Of a DNA stretch of 64,000 bases, positions 12,719 to 23,049 are shown in pieces. Below the pieces are notes generated by a model. The model worked only from the letters and a program-made list of their open reading frames with translations, was not told the DNA's origin and made no database searches. The stretch is from Blasia pusilla (taxonomy: Eukaryota), in the NCBI GenBank assembly GCA_050084515.1, contig CM114271.1, forward strand, positions 6,944,001-7,008,000, read 5' to 3'. Position numbers and translations under genes: made by a program. How positions within the stretch are numbered: position 1 is the stretch's first letter; the number at the start of each line of letters is the position of its first letter.

Positions 12719-13085
12719 TGAAATCCGTGAAAGACCTACTGTCATAAAACACGTTTACAATCACATAAAATCGAGCCAAACCCACTCCACGATGGGAGAA
12801 TCTAGGTTGAAGCTTGCGGGAAACACCATAGCCAAGAGCTCTACTCACTACCAAGGCTAACTCCCAATAATAACAGGCTCAACTCAAAGAATGATCGTTC
12901 TTTGAGGGCAAGCCACCTTATATCCTCCAACCTAAGAGCGGGCCCTACTGGGAAAGTCACCCCTAAGTGAGTAACCCCAACCCTATGTATGGAACCGCAT
13001 CTCTACCAAGCCACTACGGTCCTACATAAGGAATGGCCTCTACCAGCACACCATACTCTACGACATAATCCGTATGGTCATGACA
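12719..13085 (-). repeat. E1 repeat B, 5' copy; forms the element's 5' terminus and contains a TATA box
   Basis: Repeat of 4476-4843; sense ATATAAG at 12923-12917; TSD follows at 13086. Confidence 0.93.
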
Positions 13086-13249
13086 CACACAACACCGATC
13101 TTCCCCACACACGCGTCGATCCACACATGTAAAAAAATTAACTCATACATATACATGGAGATCACACAACCGCCCCCCTAGCTGGCAATTGGATCCCCCC
13201 AACTCCAGATAGAAAATATCACATCTCTCTAACATGACCTACTACCCTA

Positions 13250-16116
13250 TACACATCTCGGACACATCCATCGTCCCGTGGGAACCACATCAAGAGGGGG
13301 GGTCGGACATGACATATGCCACCCTCGAGAACAACCATCACATACCAACATGGTGGCTGCATCCCTCGCAGATCCGCACAACATACACCTCAAGCTTGCA
13401 GGTACCATTGCCAAGCTCGGATCCACCGTCCCATCTACATTCGGAAGATGACATGGCGCACAATTGCGCACATGATCCATCCAAACCATACCATCCCGTC
13501 CCTCCGACATGAGGACTCCGATCGGTAATACCTCGCGCACACATAGGATCGTGCGCCCTGTAGTGACATCTAGCGTCGTGGATGCCGCTTGCTATAAATA
13601 TACGTAATCTCCAGGATGAAACCTCCTAATTCTTAGACGATAACCTCCTCCACGAATGGTCGCGTACGTCAATGTATCTCTATGTTGAGCAATACCTAAG
13701 TTCTCAAAGGCCATAGGCATAACTCTACGAAAAACCTCCGCCCTCTGAGAACATGCTTGTACCCACACATTTGGATCATCAAGATCTAACACCTCCGCCA
13801 TGTCACGTCGAATCGCTGCAGGTAAATCTGGCTCTCTTCCAAAGAGCAAAAAGTACGGTGAAAATGACGCCAAGGATGCCTGCCGACTAAAGCGATAACC
13901 CATAGCCAACCATGGCAACTGTAGGTCCCACTCCCTCAACTGTCCCTGCTGCAAGCCATGCTTGGGCAATCCTCTCTTCACCGTCTGTTCCACTTTCTCC
14001 GCCAACCCATCCGTCTCAGGATGATCTCTGGATGTGGTGCGGTAATCTATCAGCGCCTGATCACACAAGGCCTGAAACTCTCTCCTGAACTCGGTACCCT
14101 AGTCAGTCAACACCTCCGCCGGTGCACCAAAGTGACTAAGCACACGATCTAGAAACGCATAAGTTGTTCCCTCGCTCGCCTTGTCTGGTAGTGTAACCAA
14201 CTCTATCCACTTTTAGAAATGCTCCACCATGACCAACACGTACCTATGATGACGCCCCGTCAATGGCAAAGGTCCCGCAAAGTCTAAACTTCACCGATAA
14301 CCTAAACCCATAATCGGCAAAGGATGTAACTGCGGAGTGGGAGCATTGAAGGATGCTCGCGCTCTGTCACATACCATACATCTGGCCACCAACTGTTGTA
14401 CCCTAGTATGCATGTCGCGCCACCCTAGTAAGTACGCTTCACTCCAAAATGTCCCAACTCCTCGTGGGCATGTCGCACTACACGTGCTCGCTGAGAAGGA
14501 TGAGGTACCACTTGTATCCTATTATCTCCCCATACCCGCAAAATGTGAGTCCCCTCCCACCTGAACCTCCTGGCTCTCTGTAGGATCCGATCCTGCTCCC
14601 TAGCACTCACTGTACTCGCTATGACGCCAATGCGCAAGAACTCCACAACCTCCACGTCGTCATGGATATCACAACCACCTGTTGCCTCCTCACTAACCTC
14701 CGGATCGAAAGACTCATCATCCAACCCCACCACTAGAGTCATCACCTGTGGCTGACCTGCTATAGTCAACTAACAAAGATAGGCAGATGCATGCCAACCC
14801 GACACCATCTCCTCATCACTCTCTCCGTGCCATCGAGCTCCTGTGTAATCTCTCTGAATCGGACATGGGTTACGACTCAACCCATCCGCATCTTGGTTCA
14901 GCCGACCTGGCCTATGAACCACCTCAAACTCATACTCCTGTAGTAATAGAGCCCACCTGGCAAGCTTTCCCATAAGCTTGTCGGACTCCATCAACCACCT
15001 CAACGATTGATGATTAGTGATAAGTGTGAAAGGGTTGCCGAATAAATAGCACTTGAAATGTGCCACGGCCCACATTGCAGCCAAGCACTCTCCCTCGTAG
15101 GAGTTGTACTTTGCCTCTGCAATGTTGTTCGATCGGCTTGCGTAAGCCACAACGAACTCCCTCTCCTCGTCATCCCTCTGAGTAAGCACTGCTCCTAGAC
15201 CCAACATGCTCAAATCCATATGTAACTGGAATGGGCGACCCCTAACCGGTCTCTATAAAATTGGTGAGGACGTCAACCTGTCCTTGAGCTCCTGAAATGC
15301 TCGCTCATGATCATCTCCCCACAACCAAACCTGATCAAGTCTCTTCAACAAGGTCAAAGACTTTACGATCGCACTAAAACCCTTGACATACCATCCATAG
15401 AAGTTCGCTAGTCCAAGAAATACTCGTACTCGACTCACATCTGTAGGGCGTGGAATCTGCACAATAGCCTCTACCTTCGTCTGCTGAACGCCTAACCCAC
15501 TCGGGTATATGGTGTGTCCCAAGTACTGAATCTGCTCCTCAAAGAATCTGCATTTGCCTGGATGTAACTTCAATCCATGTAACTGCAATCGCCGAAACAC
15601 CTCCTCCAAGTGTCGCTCATGCTCCTCAACCGTGGAACTGAAGATAAGAATATCATCTATGTAACATCGTACAAAATCCAAGCCAGCCAAAATCCTATCC
15701 ATCACTCTCTGAAACTCTACAGGCGCGATCTTCAACCCAAATGGTAGGAACCGCCACTGATACAAGCAATCTCTCCCGAACCGATCTATCCCCCAGAATG
15801 TTGTCTTCTCCTTGTCCTCCAACCTGATAGGAAGCTGATGATAGCCAAAGACGGAGATCTAAATCTTGAAGATCTTTGCATGCCCTACCGCATCAAAGAT
15901 CTCCTCAAGAGTAGGCATGGCATACCGATCTGACTGTCGGTTGATAGGACGGTAATCTCCACACATCCGCCTATCCGTCCAATTGCCATATATATCCTTC
16001 TTCGCCGGCATGACTCTGGCAGATGCATACTCCCCATGTGATAACTCCACAAGTCCTACCTCCAACAAGTCCTGACTCCTGCTCTGAATCAAAGCTCGCT
16101 CCATATCAGAATACAT
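13250..16116 (-). pseudogene. E2 pol remnant: RT, RNase H, integrase, PHD finger
   Basis: ORFs 15859-16116, 15253-15822 (WRFLPFGLK..CYIDDILIFS), 14770-15219 (RNase H; ADGLSR), 14425-14769, 13592-14068 (TTSRDHPETDGLAEKV), 13247-13540 (C4HC3 PHD). Confidence 0.93.
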
Positions 16117-18320
16117 GTAGGCGCACCCCTATGCGCGCGTCCCACCTCGGGGGGGGGGCGTGCGCCGTTCGCGCCCTAACCCTACCCCTAGCCACCCTTT
16201 ACTTGATAGCCCCCCGGCGGCTGTAAGCCCTAACTCTCCTTCTTGCAAAATCCCGACATTCTCGCTATTAGACGACGCTATACCTAGCGTCACAACCTGC
16301 GCTACACCCTGCTGTTGTCCCCCATTAATCCGCACCAGCAAAATTTGAGAAAAACGGATAACGCTTCCGCCCACGGCCTTCCAAACAGAAAAATGACAAA
16401 CACCCGCAATACACGCGTATCCAGGGGCCCCCGACCAAGGCAACTCGATTGCTTACCTGAAAACAACGAATTCCCACCAGCCCCCTGCCATCTTTCTCAC
16501 GTAAAAATAAAGAGTAGTAAAAATGGCACATCCAGAATCAAGGAATCCGGACGCTAGCACCCTAGTCCTATCTCACACACATACAAGGGAGGTGTTGCAA
16601 CGGCCCAACATGAAAAAAATGGCTTAAGAAAGACATCTTCCTCTCTTATATAGGGTTGGGAAGAGCCAAAAGGCTCTTCCCCTAAAAATAGCCCTCCCCT
16701 TGGTAACGTGCGCGCACAGGTATATTTATGATATAATACAAAATATTCATTATTTACTTACCATACATTCATTGCATTTAGGGCTCTGTAAGGAGGACAA
16801 GGGATAGGATCCTCAAAGGTATATCACAAACAACATCCATCTTCTTGCACTACTACATTTGCGACTGATTTACAAGTTACATGAGCCAAAACTCGGTGAT
16901 AGTACAATTGCAATAAAATCACACCGGGCTTACAACTTTACGAGTCTCACACTCGTAATTGACTCGCAAACTTGAGAAGTGGACTTACAAATTATGGTCG
17001 TAATGTAGCTTAAAGGTTCCATTTTCTTATACTTGCAAATCCTACACAGTTTAATCCCAAAATGCTGGTACGATGCTTGTAAGAGAAAGTAACTTTTTCA
17101 CGTCTTTGCAAGCCACTTTTTGGTGATTAAGAGTCTGACTAGTTACAAATAAGTCTTAAATAGCAATTCCAAAAAATAGTTTTTTTTTGCATTTGCAAAA
17201 TAGTGGTTTTGGACAACGGTTTGATTAGTCACAAAATACCTAGTCCAACTTTTTTTCACTCACAAACTGGTTTTTTTGGTCTCACAAGGGCCTCTCAAAG
17301 TTGTGGTTTTCTACAACTGCAAAGTAGTTGTTTTCTACTCCTCTTAAATTTGGTTTTAACTCATTCTTGGGTCGAGAAAATCTGTTTCATCGAGGATTTA
17401 TCTCCTTCCAACTTTTTCTTATGCATGATTTTGCTTTCTTCTCTTTCATTTCTTTGTTATTAAAACCAATTTTTTTGGGAAAAAAACATGTACAATTATG
17501 AGCTTCATTCCACACATATAAGACGCTAATTCATTTGAATACATAAATATAAATCATATGCCTATTTCTTGGATATTTTTTTCTCTAAAATTCATATTTG
17601 TGATTAGAAACTAAGTGATGAGCTATCTGGATAAAAATACTTATGTGGGTCTTAAATTTTTTTCGTGAAACCCTAAGAATTCTCTAGGTCTGAAATCATT
17701 ACTTATTTGAAGGACTATAATTAAAATTTGGAATATCTTAACTATTTAGAAGAAAACATGTATATATTTGGTGGTTTTTGTAAAATTTCTACCACATCTA
17801 TGATTATAAATTTAATTTTAATATTTTTCTTACAATGCTTAATAAATCTAATATACAAGAAAATAGTAAAATAAATTCATCTTGCAACAAATTGATATCG
17901 AATTCAATGGTACTAATCTTGATGAATATTTCTACCTCTTTTTCTCCTCAAATTCATGATAGTTAAAATACATCAAAGCCTTCTTATGTGGACTAGAAGT
18001 AGATGGATTTGTTTTTTTTACGAAACGAAACTCAAAATCCAAAATTTCTTTCGATCATGGAAAAAAGTCCATAACTAAGAACGTTACCAAAGGAACTACA
18101 TCTTTCACTTAGTTGTTAATGTGAGTTCAATTGCAATATTCATAAGAAAACTTCTTTCTTACTAAAGCTCATACCAAATATTTTATGATACTTTCCAACC
18201 AAATTAATCTGAATTTTGAAGCCAATTCATTTAAATCATGTTTCATAATATTTATCAGATTTTATATATATATACATACACATATTAGGATTCCTTTATA
18301 GGTGATGAGGATATGATTAT

Positions 18321-21300
18321 TGTGGTGCGCATACACATCGTTACACAACCCACATCGTTGGTCACATCTACACACCACACAACACCGATCTTCCCCAACA
18401 TACGGATATATCCACACATAAATTAAACATACTCACGCATATACGGTGGGACCCCACAACCGCCCCCCTAGTTGGCAGTTGGGCCCCCCTTACTCCAGAT
18501 AGCACACACGTATGTCCTCGACATGATCTCCTACCTATACACATCTAGCACTATTGGTGTCGTCATCCCCGTAACACTGCCACACTGCAGCAACCCGCTG
18601 TAGTGATCCCTTCGAAGAGATCTAACACTCTCGTACCCTGCTCCAAACATAGACACCATTCCACGCCTGCCTCACGAGCTCATCTGCACTCCACGCATCT
18701 CAACGCTCGTCTCCAACAACAATAAAGAAGTTTGCACCATGGGAAGAGACACCCACCTTGGCATGTCTCTCCGTGGGATTATTCGCTATAAGAATGTCCT
18801 CCGCATGTGTGCTCCTCTCCCCGAACCCTCCTCATCAACTAACACCACCTGTAAATGCTGCCAATGTGATCACCGTATCCTCATGTGGTTGACCACCACT
18901 ACTCCTTCCAAACAATACTGGTAGATGGCTCACTCATCCGTCATCTGATCGCCATCCTAGCCGATAAAAAACCGTCTCCTCCCAAAAATCCAGACTGAAA
19001 CCAAGGGGATACAACACCGAACTCCCTACCAATACATCATACGACTCTACCAATGTCGTAATCGCCCGACTGCGCACCATCGCACTATCCGACTCATGCT
19101 ATGGCTATAGTCTAACCACCAACTCCTATCGAGTCATGTAATGGATGGATGATACGCCCCCAATAGAGATATGTATCTGAAAGGGACACGCTCAATGTCG
19201 CCTTTCCATAATTCCAACGCCAAACACGTCGCCTTCCCTAACATCAAGGGTTGCGCTCCCGAATCAAGTAGGACTCGTTGCGGGTAGTACATCGTACCTG
19301 TGGGACAAACCAAGAGAAAAACTCCTGCTCGATTATCCAACAACACCACACCTGGTGTGATCATGGCTCGCTCTATCGCAGACATAGTTGGCATATCTAT
19401 CAACTTTGTCACCGCCACATGCCATGAGTCACTAGGAGACGTCTCGAGCACATGCTTTGAGGGGCTAGTCCACAACCTCCTCAACTACTTCTAAACGAGA
19501 GGCAGTCACCTCTCCACGCTCACACAATGTGGCGGCCAGTCGGAACACCTCCGTTGGTCCAACTCCCAACGTCGCCAACTCTATGGCAGAAAATAATGGA
19601 GTTTGGCTTATCCTAGTGGTCACCTCCAACAATATGGTCGACATTGGCTCCTCCCGAGCCAACATAGGAGTTGTCTCTCCAACTCCTCGTGACGTCAATG
19701 CACCTACCTCATCTGTGGGTACTAATGATCGTCAAGGCATGATTGACGATATATGTAGTGCCTGCGACAATGTGAACGACTGGGAAATCCTAGCCTGCCG
19801 CCCATTGGTCCCCTCTTGTGGGTCAATCTCCACCCACCTCTCAGTGGCTCGATCACTCTTGCAGCACCTCGAGTCACCACCGCAGTAGCCTCAACCTAAG
19901 CTGCATTGCACATAAACCTCTACCTCGTATAGTCCTCCCCCGTATTATGATACGACGTGGAGGTTGGAGCCACACTTGCTACTCTTGGCTCCAGACCTGC
20001 CTATAGCTGCATGATCATCATGGCGGAAATCCTCTACTCCAACTGATCAATGCGCGAAAGGAGCGCTGCATCGGGTGCCCGTCCTCCATCTCCTATGACT
20101 GGTGATGGCACTCTACCACCACAATCATCCACTTCTCAATCTCCATCAACTCCTTGCCCCCAAGTCATCTACCTACCTCTGGGCGTACCTCCAGGCGAAG
20201 ATCATAACCCCTATCCCTAGTGTGACCATATCGTTGAGAATGATCACACTGCAACTATGGTGGGGCCATCCTCTGTGGCTCCTGAGCATTTGGAGGCACT
20301 CGTGGCCCTTTTCCATGTTGTGGGCAATCCCTCTACCTATGTGACCCACCACACGTCCAACAAGCCAACCCTGGTCCCTGCTCGGAAACATATGTCGATA
20401 TGGGCCGTTGCCTCATTGGGTCATGATACCCGCCATGCTCTGTGGGCCCACCAGCTCGCTCCTATGGTATTGGTGCATGTTGGGGCACATATGGGTCTAC
20501 TCCTACTCATCGATCCGTCGTATCCTACGAAAATCCCGTGGTCACCACCTACTCCTCACTCATGTTGAGCTCTACTCGCTCAAACAACTCTAACATCACC
20601 GTCAATGTGGGATTCGCCTTGTGAAGCAACATTGCATCCCAAACTCTCCTCCATAGCTCCCCGTCCAGCACCCCGAACCAATACCATACTGACTGCACCT
20701 CAACCATCCCATATGTGGCAACGATCAACTGTCACATGCGTGTGAACGCCTCCCTCAGGCTCTCACCCGATGTGCACTGAAAATCCTGTAGACTCTTCAG
20801 CTTGTCGGTCCGCACACCCTAGTAGCTCCTTTCTAAGTGTCAGAAGAAATCCACTATAGGACTTAAACTTGGTGGTCCTTTACCATAAGAGGTCTCTGCC
20901 ACCTCATCACTCTCACTGCCATCATCTCCATCTAGTCCCCGGGCTAATGGTGTAGATCTCTCTACCCTCACTATCCCATTATACGCCTCGCGACCACTAG
21001 TGAACATATACCCTAGAGCCCAATACACCCTCTAGGCATCAATCTCTATAAAGTATAGAGATCGAAACTCCGTGTAGTCATCCATCGGCGGATCCTCCAA
21101 GTGCTTGAACAACCCCTTCCATGCCATAAGAGGGTTGAACCGCGTAGGGGTCCGTATCTCTTGGAAGTCGCACCATGTGTCGAACTCCTGGATGAAACCG
21201 TCAAGATCTATGGTGCCCACTGCACCTGAGAAACGAGGCATGCCCCAATGGCCCATGTCATCCATCTCTCTCCACGTATCATCGTCCGCGTCCGAGATCT

Positions 21301-21600
21301 CGTCACCAGACCCGCTCTCTAGTGATGACGATCCAACCACGGATGGGAGTCGGGTGGTTCATCACTCAAAATCCCTCAATACCTCACACCACTCCGTGTC
21401 ACTCTACTACCACTACTGGTACTACCCTGTTCTTTCAAACCCTCGGAGAATGCCTTGATGATAACCCTCTCTCATCCGCTCAAGCACTCAGACTCACGAA
21501 GAGTCTCCTACACTCCTCACTAGCTCACCTATGCTAATGGTAATCGTGTGACGACACACCCGACCTCACGCACACTGAACATTCGGTTCCCATGAGCCTC
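18321..21600 (-). mobile_element. Ty3/gypsy E4 (same lineage), internally deleted: single A repeat, PPT, MTase motif-I remnant, protease, gag
   Basis: A 18321-18460, PPT complement 18461-18470, VLDLFEGIT ~18600-18630, protease VLLDSGAQPLMLG (ORF 19134-19484), gag GFIQEFDTWCD (ORF 21032-21340). The right boundary is approximate. Confidence 0.82.
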
Positions 21601-23049
21601 CTAACTAACTTACCTAAACTATTGACACTCTCGAGTCATACACGCCACCCCTACTCGACAACTTTTTTTTAGCTGTGTCATTGTATTCGAGATTGGAAAT
21701 TGAAAGCCTTATTACATAAAGCCAATTTTTTTTATTTTTCCGCTTGCCATTTTTTTTTATGGCCGAATATCCACCAACATGCTACACATGAAAGGAGTCT
21801 ATACTTGTCACCATCGCTACATCCATCTAACACCAACAACTACCCGATACCCAACACTCTCAATCACACAAGATAAGTGCGGGAAAAGGGACTCGAATGG
21901 GTCACCTTATCACCCCCTCCAACCTCCTGCTCCGTCAACACTCACTCCTCCATGCGATGCGGAAACCTTCGTAGCACAACACTCTCCTTGAACAACACAT
22001 CAGACCTCCTGTCATCGGATGCGGACTACCTGTCGGCGTCGGTGTATGTGTCTCCACCTCCATCACTCCGTCACAGACTTTCAGTGTGAAGCACCCATCT
22101 CGCCCTCAATCCTGGTCCACAGTACCAACACCCAATCGCAAAAACTCTCTCCAACTGTAGCATCACCTCGTCGAACTCTACTAGCTAGGTTCATCTCTAA
22201 CCACATTGGCCCTACCTCGTCCATGTGGCCAACTATGGTTGGTTGGTCCCGCCTCAATCCAACCGCATCACCACGTGCCGTTTCTACCACGACTAGTACC
22301 TTGTCAGCTTACCACGTCCGTGTAGCCCTACCTCGTTACGAAATTTACTCCATCTGATCCTACCAACCTCGTTCCTCGGAACTCCCAACCCCATCGCGTC
22401 CGGAATTCCTTGATTCACTCCCGCGGCTACTCCTTCGTACTCAGGCCACCTACGCGGCCCGTCCTCTCCCGGCCTTTGTCCACGGCTGCCGCAACTGAGC
22501 GCGGGGGCGCCTGGCCCACAACCCTTCCACCTATTGTGGAGCTCTTGCCCCATCCCTGGACCTATAACTCCATGCTCTTCTCACCCGCCTACCTTTCGTG
22601 CTGCTCCTACCACCCTGTTAGCCTTGCTTTAGGGCACACGGCCCAACGCCAGCTCCCCCCAACCTTGGAGCAATGATCGGGAGATCCGTGGTTACGAGTA
22701 TTGCTAGCCGGTTAAATTTGGGAATTTCCGATTGATTTAAAAGTTGCCTACGAAAACCGGCTGGAATTCGAGTAGGTCCTTTGTATTTCGTATCTGAAAA
22801 CCGGCTTAAAATCTGGAATTACCGTTTCCGATTGGACATTCCCGGCGATGGACCGCGTCCCGCGAAAAAACTCCCCGAACCCTGCCTTGGAGCTTCTTGC
22901 TCCTTCCTCCTCCACCGCATTAACTCCTCCTGCCTTAACTCCCATGCGTGCGTCCCTATGGACGCACTACACCTTCCACCTGGGAGGAACATAGCCCCCT
23001 ATGTGCATCCTACCCCTTCGACTCCTTCCTCTATCTCAGTTCAGAGAAG

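Larger units (their letters stand above)
4370..13085 (-). mobile_element. Ty3/gypsy retrotransposon E1 (subfamily 1), both ends present but heavily frameshifted: gag-PR-DNMT-RT-RH-IN-PHD
   Basis: Termini TGTCGTG...CATGACA; 4-bp TSD CACA (4366-4369 / 13086-13089); A 4370-4475, B 4476-4843, A 4847-4952, PPT 4953-4964, B 12719-13085. ORF fragments: gag (DFMQEFDTWCD ~10900-10960), MTase, RT (YIDD ~7525), RNase H (LGLGAVLTQ...VAYASR), integrase (HAHEELGHFG), PHD. Confidence 0.93.
3718..16721 (-). mobile_element. Ty3/gypsy retrotransposon E2 (split-terminus lineage, subfamily 2), interrupted by E1; gag-PR-MTase deleted, 5' end truncated
   Basis: On +: repeat A 3718-3854, repeat B 3855-4310, second A 4313-4369 plus 13086-13170 (split by E1), PPT complement CGCCCCCCTA 13171-13180, PHD, integrase, RNase H and RT 13250-16116, leader 16120-16501, partial second B 16502-16721. 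Confidence 0.9.

Noticed and set aside
4476-13085. Reading E1 as an ordinary element with B as both LTRs
   Set aside because: The flanks of the B-B span do not match (ACAAC vs CACAC), the PPT abuts A and not B, and the TSD and split host repeat place the end at 4370.
4370-13085. Classifying the split-repeat elements as DIRS/Ngaro
   Set aside because: They have an HHCC/DDE-type integrase, gypsy domain order, a PPT and TSDs; no tyrosine recombinase motif was seen.
16850-18300. AT-rich tract with loosely recurring TTACAA/TTGCAA motifs
   Set aside because: No definable unit, termini or TSD.
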